A DNA stretch of 64,000 nt from Octopus vulgaris (lineage: Eukaryota). The stretch lies in NCBI GenBank assembly GCA_951406725.2, contig OX597818.1:15872001-15936000 (forward strand), in the 5' to 3' direction. Positions 49,125 through 63,364 of the stretch are shown here, one piece after another. Position 1 is the stretch's first letter; the number at the start of each line of letters is the position of its first letter. The translations under genes were made by a program, and so were the position numbers. Under the pieces are notes generated by a model. The model searched no databases, was not told where the DNA came from, and was given only the letters and a program-made list of their open reading frames with translations.

Positions 49125-51490
49125 AATGATCCAAACAATCTATGGGAAGATTTCAAAACAAAAGTATTTCAGGTTGCAAGTTCGTCAGTGGGATTTAAAT
49201 CTCATAAATCCAGTGACTGGTTTTCAAATAGATCAGCAGAAATTCATGATTTACTTTTAGAAAAACAAAGCTTAGGCAATACACTTCTTTCTGAGTCCTT
49301 GAACCCCAACTCAAACGAAACTTTCAGAAAGCTGAAAAGGAAAGTGCAGACTGCTCTAAAGAAAATTAAACATGGATGGTGGAGTGATAGAACAAAAGGG
49401 GCACAAGAAGCAGCTGATAGAAATGATGCCAAGGGTTTGTACTCTTATGCTGAGGAAGTATATGTCCAAAATCTTCCTCAATAGCACCAGTGAGAACAGG
49501 AAATGGACGTTTTCTTCTGACTGACACCACTTCTATTCATAAGCATTGGGTAGAACATTTTTCTGCACTTTTGAATAGACCATCATCTGTTGACATGAGG
49601 ATGATAGAAAAAATTGAACACTTTCCAATTATAGGAGAGATGGCATTTGAACCAACTGTAAATGACATTTATTTAGCTGTGGACAAGCTGAATAACAATA
49701 AGTCTCCAGGGTCTGATGGCATTGGTGCAGAAGTCTTGAAATATGGGGGTGACAAAATGTTTGAACTCTTAAATGTATTAATTTGTCACTTTTGGAGAAC
49801 TGAGAAAGTGCCTCAAGACTGGATTGATGCCATTTTAGTCTCTTTGCATAAATCGGGGCCAAAGGATCTGTGAGGTAATTTTTGTGGGATTTCGCTTTTG
49901 TCTGTGGTTGGAAAGGTACTTGCCTGCATTTTGTTAGAACGTTTAAATACTTTTATAGTTCCAAATATAGTGTCTGAGTCTCAGTGTGGTTTTCATTCCT
50001 CCAGGGGCACAGCTGATTGTATCTTTACTGTCAGACAATTACAAGGAAAGTGCATTGAACAGAATCTTGCTCTATACCAGTGCTTTGTTGGTTTGAGCAA
50101 AGCATTCAATACTGTTAATCAAAATGCTCTGTGGCTAATTCTAAAGAAAATAGGTTGCCCAGAAAAATTTGTAAACATGGTCAGGGCTTTGCATCAAGAT
50201 ATGAAAGCTAGAGTTAATTTTGGCGGTAGTCTCTCTGAATTTTTTGTTATGGAAAATGGAGTAAAGCAAGGACACCTTGATGCACCCACACTCTTTGCAA
50301 TATACTTTGCTGTTGTGTTGTCACATGCTTTTCAAAACTCAGAGGAAGGTATTTACATAAAATATCGAACAACAGGGAATGTTTTTAATCTGACCAGACT
50401 GAAATTCAAAACAAACATTTTTACTTCACTCATTAGGGAACTTTTGTCTGCTGACGATTGCAGTCTTATCAGTCGTTCTGAAACAGGTCTGCAATCTCTT
50501 GTATCTGCATTTGACTCAGCTTGTGATGATTTTCAAAAAAATCGGTTATAATGCATCAACCTGCGTGTGGTACTGTTTGTAACCCCACTAAAATTTTTCT
50601 TAAGGGAAAGTTACTTGAGGTTGTCAATTCATTCGACTACCTTGGAAGCTCTCTTCAAAATTATGGAAATCTTGATACAGAAATACAGCTGCGAATTCAA
50701 AGGGCAGCAAAAGCATTTGATGGCTTAGAGTCACACGTTTGGTGCAAGTGACATATAAATAAGAATACAAAGCTGGCTCTTCACAAATCATTTGTCTTAC
50801 CATCCCTGTTGTATTCCTGTGAACTTGGACTTGTTATGAAAGGCATTTTAAACTGTTAGAACAATTCCACTAAAAATGCCTTCATCGCATTTTAAAAATT
50901 AAATGAACTCTTTTAGTCCAAACACAGATGTCCTTGCATCTGCAGGCATCACCTCAATTAAAGCTATGATTTTGAGGAACCAATTGAGATGGTGTAGCCA
51001 TATTGTTCGAATGGCAGATGAACACATGCCAAAACAGCTGTTTTATAGTGAACCTGCAGAGGGGAAACGCTATTGGCGTAAACCTAAAAAAAAGTTTTAA
51101 GGACAGCATAAGGACTACTATGAAGTCACTTGGAATGGTTCCAGAAGACATAGAAACTCTTGCTTTGGATTGAGTTGGATGGCAAACAAAGGTGTGGAGA
51201 GGAGTAAAAGCATTTGAAGAGGCCAGGATAATGCAACTAAGACTCAAAAGAGATCTAAGGAAGAATGTAATGATCGAGAAGGTTAATGACAATGACCTTT
51301 TTGTGTGCACAGTCTGTGACAGACCATGCCTGTCTTTTGCTGGCCTCAAATCTCATCTGCGAATGCATGGAAAACGAACCTCCACCAACTATTCTACCTA
51401 TATGTCGTTGCACACCTTTGAATGCTGTGTATGCCAGAAAGGTTGCAAATCCCACGGAGGCCTCAAAAGACATGTTAAGATCCGCAAAAA
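49125..51490 (+). mobile_element. Second RTE family (BovB-like) with RT and two C-terminal C2H2 zinc fingers, decayed
   Basis: WVEHFSALLN, KSPGSDGI, SESQCGF, GVKQG..AP, ELLSADDC, FDYLGS, QLRWCSHIVRM; CTVC..KSHLRMH and CCVC..KRHVKIR. Confidence 0.92.
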
Positions 51491-51503
51491 GCAGAACTTA
51501 TCT

Positions 51504-51655
51504 TCATTACAAAGAAACTGTTTTCATCAGATGACTGCAGTAATAGAATAATTGTAATTATTTGCTCTCTATTGTGAATATGTTTAAATATCTAATTTGT
51601 CCTTTATGCTTGATGTCTATGCAGTCATCTGATGAAAACAGTTTCTTTGTAATGA
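51504..51655. repeat. Perfect 36-bp inverted repeat containing CTGATGA
   Basis: 51504-51539 versus 51620-51655. Confidence 0.9.
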
Positions 51656-51741
51656 TGTAATGCCTTCATTGATCAGTTAAAGGAGTCACTTGAAATTGCC
51701 ATAATGAATTGACACTTATACATTTTTGTTACTCATTTACA

Positions 51742-52605
51742 CAAAGTGTCCACAAAGTCACTATACACTTTCTTTTCTCTATTTCATTTCGTGTATCATT
51801 CAGAGATACGTGAGGCCATCAACATTTGACACCTTAGGCTTTGCAGTCTTTGTAAGTGTATCGTTCTCTTACCCATGGCTCACCAATTAACATTAGAGCA
51901 GCATCACATAACTGCTGCCTGGTAAGAAGTTTTTCAGTCCCCTACTGCAGCGCAAGTTTGAGAAGGTTTATGGCCATCACACTGTTCCAACGCATTGCAC
52001 AATTTATGCTGTCCATAGCAAGTTTCTCAAAGCAGGATCTGTTCTTCACAAACCATGCAGCAGATCGCCTGCTACTACCACCACTGATAAAAGCACCAAG
52101 CTCCTGGAACAGGCGTTCACGAAAAGCCAGGGGAAGTCCATACGCAGGGCTGCACTGAAACTTAGCATCAACAAAAGCTCAATTTAGCAGATGCTTCGGA
52201 GAGTGATAAAGCTCTACCTGTACTGACTTCAGGTTGTTCAAAGGATCAAGCAAAAGATCATGATGCTCATGTGGAAATGTGAGAACCACTCCAACACCAT
52301 TAAACAAAATGACTCACAACTCCTACAAAATATATAGTTCAGCGATTAGTCTGTCTTTTATCTCTCTAGTTAGATAAACTGACACAATTGTCAAATTTGG
52401 GAAAAATTAAAAGCAGCAGAAATTCTTGAACTTGAACGAGACTCTCTGAGGCTGGTGGTATGGTGTGCCATGGGCAAGGGAATGATGCAATTACAAAAAC
52501 TGCAAAGCCTAAGGTGTCAAATGCTGATGGCCTCACATCTCTCCAAATGACACTCTGAAACAAAATAGAAGAAAGAAAGTGTAGAGTGACTTCTGGGACA
52601 CCCTG
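51742..52605 (+). mobile_element. rosa-like Tc1/mariner derivative: transposase N-terminal half capped by an inverted copy of the 5' end
   Basis: ATG 51875 MAHQLTLEQ..KSIRRAALKL..FSD*SVF..HNCQIW..VVWCA; 52467-52605 is the inverse of 51742-51879. Confidence 0.85.
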
Positions 52606-52705
52606 TATATATACATACATACATACATATATATACATATATATAACAAAATATATATATATATATAATAAAAAAGAGGTGAGTGTTTCCATGCAGGGAA
52701 AAATA

Positions 52706-53100
<395 letters not shown>

Positions 53101-53469
53101 ACACAAAGATTTTCACGCTAGATATTGAATTGAACATAGAATAAAATTAAAATTATTCTTTTCACACTGTTGTATTATTAAGTATGCTCCATTCAAAATA
53201 TTCAGAAAACCCTTTTGTATGCTATTATGTCTATTTTAGAAGCAAAGATTTATGTCATTTTGTTTTAGCTGAGAATATGTATGATGAGAGTTCTGTGTCA
53301 AGACACTTGTCAAGCTTGTCAGACTAGCTTGACAAGTACCTTGTCATAAAACTCCTGACTTCTCAACTAGAAAAAGTTGAATGTCTGTCTGCGTGTGTGT
53401 GTGTGCATATGTTCATGCGTGTGCATGTGTGTGTGTGCATGTGTGTATGCGTATGTGTGTGCATGTGTA

Positions 53470-54480
53470 CAGTAGTTAACAACGACTTTTATAAATGGGC
53501 TAATAAATGCAACTTAAACTTAACTTGAAAAATTATCCAAAATGAATAAATGTTTGTCTCAGTATTTTGTAGAAGCTCCTGTAGCTAATATTATGGATTT
53601 CTCCTGATGAGGCAGGGTTTTGATTAAATTAGTAGTATTAATGACAAAGTAACCCATGTTTAATTCACTCTTCACTTGATGTTTCTTCCAGCTCTGCAGT
53701 TGTTATCATATTCAGTAATCTTAATCACAACCTTTTGTTAAGATGTTCCCTTAATGTTCAATTGGATTAATATTAGAGGCTTTGAGTATCCCATTTCAGA
53801 GATTCAGTTCAGTGAATTCTTTTCCAAGTTGTGAAACCTTGCTGTGACACAAGGCTGCATCTTCTTAAAAAAGACTGATTTTCTTAAAATTAGACTCTTT
53901 TTCACTATTTGAATGTTTTGGGGGCCATTTAGATAATTTTCATCAACATGAACTCTGACCTGTCTGTCACCCATACTTTCCTCCCCTATACAATGATTGT
54001 TATTCCTCTATGTTTAACTGTTCCTTGCAAATTATCTGGCTTCCATGTTTCAGTTTTGTTGCACCACATATATATCTAGTTTGAATAGAAAAAGTGGCAA
54101 AATTTGCTTTTGTCAGACCATAATATCGATGACCAAAACTTGTTTTTCTTGTTGCAGAACTCTTTAGTCTAGCTGAACCATTTGGTCCTATTAGGTTTTG
54201 AAATCATTGGCTTCTTTCTTGCAACTCTTCATTCATATCCAAGGTCTTTTAATATTGCTCTTAAACAATACAACAACATAGCCGGTAAATTTGCAACCTT
54301 CTAGCAGTTGAGCACATCTGAGAAGGAAAAGAAAGTAGTAAAGGTTGTTTAATAATTTTCCTCTTAACTGCCCTCCGCTGCACTCTTTCCTTTCAGAACT
54401 TTTCAGCAGCCTCCCAGATCTCTTCTGCATTCAGCAATGTCCTTCTTTATCTATTTATGTTTCTCTCAACCAGTGAAAGA
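53470..54480 (-). mobile_element. Highly decayed Tc1 transposon
   Basis: RVARKKPMIS..WSSILWSDKSKF..GTVKHRG..NINPIEH..GASTKY* (stop 53559-53561); TA-CAGT left end. Right end unclear. Confidence 0.8.
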
Positions 54481-54960
54481 AACTAACTACTTCTGTTTAT
54501 ATATATGGAGGAAACTTTCATCAAAAGAATGAGATATGTGAAATAGGGTTTACTGTTAGTTAAGAATTTCAGTAAATTAAATAAATTAAGCTGTATTATT
54601 AAGTAAGCTCCATTCAAAATATTCAGAAAACCCTTTAGGTGTTTGAATTATCGAGAGGTCAAGAATCATATTAAGCAAATAGGTTAGTAGAGAGGTTGGA
54701 AAAGGGGAAAGCTAAGATTAGAGTGGAGAATGGGCAATCAAATAATAAAAGGGATGATACAGTTTATTAGAAAGGTTGCTACAAGGTCGATATGTTAGCA
54801 AGTTCAGGATGTCTTGTAACTAACTTTTACAGTGTTTTTATTCTAAAAATATTAGTGTCATAAGAAGGAAAATACTTAATTTCTAAATTAGTATGTGTAC
54901 ACACCAGTTTGAAAAATAATTGTATAATTGAAAAATAATTGTATAATTGAAAAATAATTG

Positions 54961-54995
<35 letters not shown>

Positions 54996-55024
54996 ACAGA
55001 AAGAAAAGTTTACTATCAGAATGT

Positions 55025-55068
<44 letters not shown>

Positions 55069-55589
55069 TATCATATTCATATTCATATTCATTTTCCATG
55101 CTAAATGGGTTGGATAGTTTGACCACAGCTGGTGAGGTCAGGGGCTGCACCAGGCTCCATTGTCTGTTCTGTCATGGTTTCTATGGCTGGGTGCCCTTCC
55201 TAATGCCAACCACTTTACAAAGTGCACTGGGTGCTTTTTATGAGGCACCAGTACTTTTAACGTGGCTCTAGCATGAGTGCTTTTTTATGTGACACCAGTC
55301 CAGTATCAATTCTGCTGTGGTGAACAGGTTTTCTTGAGTACAGCAGTGTGCCAGATATCTCAATCTTTAGTCATCTCCTTCGTAAGGCTTATTGTCTTGA
55401 AATTGGCCTTCAATAAATAATATATCTATTTTTCAATTCGCCATAACAATCTCATTTGTGGTTATTAAATATCAAAATTACAAGTTAAAGAACATGGTAC
55501 ATAAGTTTTATGAGTTTTCTTTCTAATAAGAACTATAAGATTACTCAATAATGGTAGAAATTATGGTAGATATATATATATATCAATAT

Positions 55590-55788
55590 ATAGGTGCAGG
55601 CATGGCTGTGTGGTTAGAAGCTTGCATCCTGACCACATGGTTCCAGGTTCAGTTCCACTGCATGGCACCTTGGGCCACTATATAGCCTCAGGCCTATGAA
55701 AGCCTTGTGAATAGATATTTGTCAGATGGAAACTGGAAGAAACCTGTCATATATATGTGTGTGCATGTGTGTATGTGTGTGCATGTGT

Positions 55789-55824
<36 letters not shown>

Positions 55825-56073
55825 ATGTATGTGTCTTTGTCTCTGTGTTTGTTCCCCCACCACTGCTTGACAACCAATGTTGGTGTGTTTACATCCCCAT
55901 AGATTAGTGATTCAGCAAAAGTGACAAATAGAATAAGTACCAGGTTTAGCAAAGAAATTCTAAGTCATGGAGGATTGATTCATTCAACTAAAATTTCTTC
56001 AAGGTGGTGTCCCAACATGGCTAATGACTGAAACAAGTAAAAGATAAAAGATATATAATATACACACATATAC

Positions 56074-56110
<37 letters not shown>

Positions 56111-57426
56111 GTTTTACGTCCGTTTTCCATGCTAGCATGGGTTGGACGGTTCGACTGGGGTCTGGAAAGCCAGAAGGCTGCGGTGCTTCTTCCATTTTCA
56201 CTCACAAGTTACTGGTTAAGCTGTGGCTATAGGGCTATAGTAAAGAACACTAGCCAACAGTGTCCACACAGTGGGACTGAACCTCTAACCATGTGCTTCT
56301 GAACCACCCTTCTGAATCACACAGCCATGCTTGAACATATATAAGTGCACGTTTATGTGTGTGTGTGTTTATGTTTTTATGGCTCACAGAAGCAATGTCA
56401 AGTGACCGAGGCCTTTGGCAATATGCTGTGCTTGAGAAGACCTGTCAGGTCAAGAGAAATCATAATTGTGGCTGATGCCAGTGTTGCATAACGGGCATCC
56501 CTGCCAGTGGCACATAAAAGGCTCCCTTTGAATGTTGGACAATATGCTGTGCTTGAGAATGGTTGATGCCAGTTTCATCTAACTGGCACTTGTGTTGGTG
56601 ACACATAAAAGCACCCTTTAAACATTGTGCCTCATCAAGGTAGTGACAAGTGACCAAGATCTTTGGCAATACGCTGTGTTTGAGAAGACCCATCAAGTCA
56701 AGTGAGATTGTGATTGTGGCCGATGCCAGTGTTACATAATTGGCACCCATGATGGTGGCACATAAAAAGCACCCACTACACTCTTGGAGTGGCTGGCATT
56801 AGGAAGGGGATCCAATCATACAAAAATCATGCCGAATCAGATTGGAACCTGGTGCAGTTCCCCAGCTTACCAGTTTTCAGTCAAACTGTCCAACCCACGC
56901 CAGCATGGAAAATGGGTATTAAAGGATGATGATGATCAATGATCAATGAAACAAATATTGCATTGATGGAAGTAATGGGTGGCAGTTGATATGATTGATT
57001 AAACTGTTGAAGACTGAGACCCAGCATGGTCACAGCCCAGGGCTGAAACCAGTTGAAAAACATAAGGCATGACAAGAAGCTTGCTTCCCAAGCACATGGT
57101 TCCAAGTTCAGTCCCACTGCATGGCAACTTGGGCAAGCATCTTCTACTATAGCCTTGAGCAAACCAAAGCCTTGTGAGTGGGTTTGGTAGATGGAAACTG
57201 AAAGAAGCCCATCGGTAATATATATATATATATATATATATATGAGTGTGTGTGTGTGTATATATATATGTGTGTGTGTGTGTGTGTATGTGTGTGTGTG
57301 TGTGCGTGTATATATTTATTTATTTATTCATTTATTGGGGGTTACATTAACTCCCAATAAATGTGTTGAGTGCCCTTCTTTCATTTGTCCACTCACTTTG
57401 TGTGTGTGTGTGTGTGTGAGTGTATT

Positions 57427-57461
<35 letters not shown>

Positions 57462-57685
57462 ATGTGTCTCTGTTTGTCCTTCCACCATCACTTGACAACC
57501 AATGCTGGTGTGTTTATGTCCTTGTAACTAAGCAGTTCGGCAAAAGATATCAATGGAATAATTGCCAAGCTTACAAAGACTAAGTACTGGGGTTGATTTC
57601 TTCAACTAAAAAACTCTTTAAGGTGGTGCTCTAGTATAGCCACCATCAAATGACTGAAACAAGTAAAAGAATAAAGAATAAAAGA
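55590..57685. mobile_element. Cluster: abundant SINE (55590-56050 plus, 57063-57685 plus) and RTE tails (56074-56185 minus, 56385-56936 plus)
   Basis: Family motifs as above. Confidence 0.8.
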
Positions 57686-57746
57686 ATATATATATATATA
57701 TCCTAATATAATAATGAGTGTAGTATTTTTATATATTTGTGTATAT

Positions 57747-57810
<64 letters not shown>

Positions 57811-58019
57811 GTTATGAGAGGTAATGGTGTCAGTAAGACCTAAAGTTATCAGGTAATGCTAAGTAAGTGCTATGGATAGACCATAGTTAAGTTCCAGGTT
57901 CAGTGATTATGTGAATAAGGAGTCCAACGTAGGTCATATATCAGCATGTGTATATATAAAGATTTTTTTTTCAGATTAAGATTAAAATCAGCCTTGGTTT
58001 TTATCTCATTTGGAAAAAA

Positions 58020-58057
<38 letters not shown>

Positions 58058-58088
58058 GGAATAGTTGCTATGAAGCATTGTGAAGAAG

Positions 58089-58385
58089 ATATTGCATAAA
58101 GGATTGTGGGTAAGGCCAAAACAATGCAAAGTAAATGCAAGGCAAATCACAAGAAAACAAACATGTGAATTAATGTAGACTTACCTTGTATTCAATATTT
58201 CAGGGTTATGACCCTATTTTCAAGAAACTGACGTGCACATCGGCAACAATCGTAAATTTCTTGAAAATGGGGTCATAACCCTGAAATATTGAATAAAAGG
58301 TAAGTTTACATTAATTCACATATTTGTTTTCTTATGATTTACCTTGCATTCTTGTGGCCTTACCCACGATCCTTTATACAATATA
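58089..58385. repeat. About 300-bp foldback hairpin, probably Penelope-derived
   Basis: Arms 58089-58233 and 58251-58385 with a 17-nt loop; each arm holds a decayed hammerhead-like TTGAAAAT-GGGGT-CATA-ACCCT-GAAA. Confidence 0.8.
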
Positions 58386-60094
58386 TCTATATATATTTGT
58401 TCAAAGTCACAGCGTAGGAGAAAGAGTAGTATAAGTGAAGGGAAAGAAGAGAAAATAGTAATTCAGTGAAGGAGAAGTAGTGAGAGTAATGGCCCTGACT
58501 GAGAGAGAGTGAGAGAAAGTAATAGCAATAGAGAAAGGAAGGGGTGGTAGATGAATAAGGATGGACAGGTTGAAAAAAAATTAGTATTTCAACTCTGTGT
58601 GAGTATGTGTGTGTATGTAAAAAGGGGGTATGTGAATGTGTGTGTGTGTGTGTGTGTGTGTGAGTGTGTCTTTGAAATGGAAATGGGATGGTGAACATGC
58701 AACACAGAAAAGAAAAATCAAACAGCATTTCAACTCTGTTTGAGTATATGTATGTGTGCATGTACAAGGAAAGTATTTGAATGTATCTGCGATTATTATG
58801 TACCTTATTTTATATCTTATTTATATATATAATACAACAATTAGCTGTCATTTTTGATGACACAGGGTCAGCTAGTATATATATATATAAATTGTATAAA
58901 TCTAAACAGAACTAACTTTAATCTGATTGGAACAATTGTTTCAAATCTAGATCCTTTTCAGTGTGCATTCAGTGTAGTGACTATATTGCATTGGTAGTGC
59001 TGTACACTGGAGATATTTTACTTCCTCATTTAATAACACATAAAAAAAATGTTTGTATTTAAATATGACGCACTTAGACAATATTTTGTGGCCTAGTTAT
59101 TAGCTAGTCAACTACTTGAGTGTTATGCTGGGTTTTTTTTCTAGTTTTTTATTCTAATGTAAGAGTGAAACAGCTGTCCAATAGATATGTTGTGTTACAG
59201 TTGATAATTAATTTATTATTTATATATATAATAGTGTAATATTATAATATTCAAAAATGTATGTTTACTTTCCTGTTAATTTTTTTTAACAATAAGTTTT
59301 TAATTCAAGCAATCTTATAAGTGATTTGATTAAAGCTCATATGATCATGAGATAGGAAATGAAGATATAACAACTTGTTTAGGATATTTTGATAAAAATC
59401 AACTAAAGTTAAGTCTACTGTAAAATATTGCAAGTTAAAACCAAGAGGGTTGGATAAAACAACAAACTGCAGTAAAAATATGTAATCAATTTAATGAATA
59501 CTAGCACAGGGGTCACTTTCATATCCCTAGAATGGAAATTATTTATATGACAATTATTAAAATTCTATTTACATTTTTTAGCTCATCATAATTTCCTTCT
59601 TGATAATTGTAAATTGCTAACCTAAGAATCCCCACGAAAAACTTTTCCAGGTATGTCAGTGTTCCTTACTTGCTTGTATAAAAATATCCAATTGAATAAT
59701 ATAATATACTGCTTCTTCTGTCTTCCTCCTCCTCCTCCAGCAGTGTTAACTGTTGGATCCCTAAAAAGCTGTACATACATTATGAAAGTGCTATAACAAG
59801 ATTATATGATGGTCACCTTTAAATAAGGCTTACTTCTGGCCATAGGTTAAGTTAATTGAATACGGCCCTCTCTTCCCCTAGTTTCCACATCTTCAATGTC
59901 CTGCTTGACCATGGGCATGAAGATTGAAAAGGTGTCTATGTCTTCTCATAACTACATAGGCAGCTGAAACAGTTCAGGAACAACTAGAGTTAACTGCACA
60001 AAACATCAGTTGCTCTCAACACAGAGGCAAGTTTCCTCTTCATGCTGATAGTCTACAAATGGAACTTGAGAGTTGAGTCATCCAGTCGAGTTAA

Positions 60095-60315
60095 CCCTTT
60101 CATTACTGTATTTATTTTGAGATGCTCTGTGTTTCTTTCAATTACTTTTAGATATAACAAAGAATTTAGAAAAATAACTTAGCTATCATTAAGCTTGTGT
60201 TAGGAACATAAATTATGACTAAGGTTTGGTGGAAGATTTCAATTCAGAACTTTTGAAATCAACACGTTTGTACTCAGAGCCAGAGCTGGTTTCAGCCGGG
60301 TTGGTAATGAAAGGG
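60095..60315. mobile_element. piggyBac-type MITE
   Basis: TTAA TSD; perfect TIR CCCTTTCATTAC / GTAATGAAAGGG. Confidence 0.9.
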
Positions 60316-60755
60316 TTAACGTGATTCACTTTTCTTAAAATTTACTGGAGGCCAGCATGTACTTGTCTGCTATCTCTTTGTCTTCCAATGATACTGGAAG
60401 AACACAATGTTAGTTATGAAAAGACCTAACATAAGACCTTTCATCTTTACTGCATTGAATCTTTTGTCATATAACAATTAAACATGAAAGAATTTCCCAA
60501 CAAACCTTTTGGGAAAGACAGATTTCATATTGTACCCTTAATGCACTACGCTTGAATAAGCAAAATAATACAAAATCAAGATCATTGTCACTGGAATGCC
60601 TTTATTATAGATTTGCTCAATCTGGCTTGACTAGGGTCTAAATAGCATCACCTCCACCACCATCATCAACAGCAATAAAAACACTATCCAAACTTCCTTA
60701 TTCATGGAAGACATAATCGAAGAGATGGTGCATGCATTCACACACACACACACAC

Positions 60756-60756
<1 letters not shown>

Positions 60757-60788
<32 letters not shown>

Positions 60789-61050
60789 TTAACATCCGTT
60801 TTCCGCGCTAGCACGGGTTGGACGGTTTGACCGGGGTCTGGGAAGCCAGGGGATGCTCCAGGCTCCAGTCTGATCTGGCAGAGTTTCTATGGCTGGATGC
60901 CCTTCCTAACGCCAACCGTTCCGCGAGTGTAGTGGGTGCTTTTTACGTGCCACCTGCACAGGTGCCAGGGGGGGTCTGGCATCGGTCACGATCGGTTCGA
61001 GCTTTTAACGTGCCAGCGGCACGGAAGCCAGCTGGCAACGTTCGGATGGT
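60757..61050 (-). mobile_element. Young RTE 3' tail copy
   Basis: Family tail, CpG-rich. Confidence 0.85.
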
Positions 61051-61079
61051 TTTTTTTTTTTTATATATATATTTATATT

Positions 61080-61111
<32 letters not shown>

Positions 61112-61184
61112 TATACACTGCAAATATAAGGACACAGCTGGCAACGTTCGGATGGTTTTTTTTTTTTATATATATATTTATATT

Positions 61185-61216
<32 letters not shown>

Positions 61217-61239
61217 TATACACTGCAAATATAAGGACA
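61029..61239. repeat. About 106-bp near-perfect tandem duplication
   Basis: Units start at 61029 and 61135. Confidence 0.9.
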
Positions 61240-61351
61240 CAGGAAATGTGTCAAAGCCGATAAGAAGCGTTGATGCTTCCTAGGGCTATATAGCGGTGGT
61301 GTAATTCCCTCTACGGGACTGTCACGTTATGTTGACTTTATACAACCACTC

Positions 61352-61397
<46 letters not shown>

Positions 61398-61627
61398 AAA
61401 TGGGATAGTTTTGACTGGAATGCCTTTGAATTATAGGACTGTATGACCAGTGCATTTCTAGAGTTAACAAGAACAGTACTGTTCAACTAGTGGAACATGG
61501 TAGATTGACTTAATCTTTGCCACAAAATAAAATTACACTTTAGGCTGTAGGATTTCAACAATAGGGCATGTAGGACTAAGGCAGAACATAGACAAAATTA
61601 AAAGTATGATAAATACTAATACACACA

Positions 61628-61672
<45 letters not shown>

Positions 61673-63364
61673 ACACACACACATACACACACTCACACTA
61701 GCACATAATGCTGTCAGAGAGTATTGTCACTTGCCCTACTAAACCAGAAACAAATAAGGTAGGACACTTTTTTTAAAGTAAGAAATATGGGAAGGTCATA
61801 GCTAGAATACCTTTGATAATTAAATTCTGCTCAATCAGAGCTGACCTTGGCTAAACAAGTACCTCTCATAGTAGTTGGGTGGTTATGAGACTTGAAAAGA
61901 GGCCCAAGAAATTTCCATGTCCAATAAAACAATGATGTTATCCAACTATTTAAAGATGTTCAGCACCATAGTATAAGATAAAGATTTATATGAATGTAAC
62001 TCTGATTTATCTTTTCATTAATGAGGAGGATGTACCAAAAAAATTTTACAAATAATTTTTTGTGAGTGGTAGAGACTGATGTTTGTCAGTTCAAAAACTG
62101 CTGGAACAACAACATAGTCTCCCCCATATTTACTGTGAATTTAACTTCCAACATCACTCTATACTTCACATAACAAAACCTCTCCTATTGTTTATTTCTT
62201 GACCCTTTATATCTCATCTCTACATGAGCACAAAGTTGTCAAGTGTAAAATAGAAACTACTCCAGTAACTTCAATCCAAGAAGATGACTGGCCCTGTCAA
62301 TGTTCTTGCTATAACAGATACAGAGAGTCATCATGCTAATATAATTAACACACCACCACCAACAGCAACAACAACACCCCCTGGAGTATATGATGCAGAA
62401 CAGCTAGATCAAATGTATGCCATAGAGTTACCACTGAAATTCGCTACATTTAGTAAATGAGTGCAATTGAACCAGTGTGTGTGTTGATTATATTGGCTTA
62501 ATGACTCTCCCTAGAGACAACAAAATTTGTTTCAACACATGAATCCACATAAAGAATCTTGCAAACCAGATACAAAAATGAAAATGCGACATCAACTTTC
62601 AGGAACCTTTGATTTGAAAGCCTTTCCAGATTACTTATTTTTGTGAGGATACTCTAAATTAAACAACTATTAAATTTACTTAAATAATTAAATGAATTAT
62701 TGGTACCTGTAAATTAGCATAGATGATATAAGTCTATTAATATTGTACTGTACCTAGCTTCTATTCTTCCACCCCTACACTTCACTCACATTCTCCTTCT
62801 CCCTCTTCTTTCCTCTCTCTTTCTTAGAAAAGGACATTGAATAATGTGTTCCTGGGTATTTGTGCCTAGAGAAAAGATAGAATAATCATCAGTGGAATGC
62901 CGCTGTTTATCTTTATTGATTTTCAGCTGGTGATCAATAGCATAATTAATTATAAACTTCAGGTAGATTGGTCTTTGGTCCACTGCCTTAGACCATAGTT
63001 CTGCTCAGTCTGTACTGAGCTGGGAGCAAACCACAACATGTGACAAATAACAACACACACAAATACACATAAATATCATTATTGTTTTAACGCCCACTTT
63101 TCCATGCTTGCATGGGTCAGAGGCAAATTTTTACAGGTACATGCCTTTCTCATTAACAACCCTCACTTGTATTCAAGTAATATTTCCCTTCAGTCAGACA
63201 TGTTTTCAATGAAAGATTGGAAGCAAAATATATTGCTTGAATGACAGTAATACCTGTTTACAACTATCACATGATGTCAAGACAAGGGTACAGACAAACA
63301 TAAACACACACACAGACACACATATACACATAAATATATTTAAGTCACAATATATGAATTCAGG

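Noticed and set aside
51192-51551. Host C2H2 zinc-finger gene
   Set aside because: It is colinear with and continuous from the RTE ORF, so it is part of the LINE.
59582-59650. AG..GTATGT-bounded segment
   Set aside because: Stop codons in all three frames.
61255-61285. CCGATAA-GAAGC..GCTTC hammerhead-like hairpin
   Set aside because: GAAA is absent and the core has two changes.
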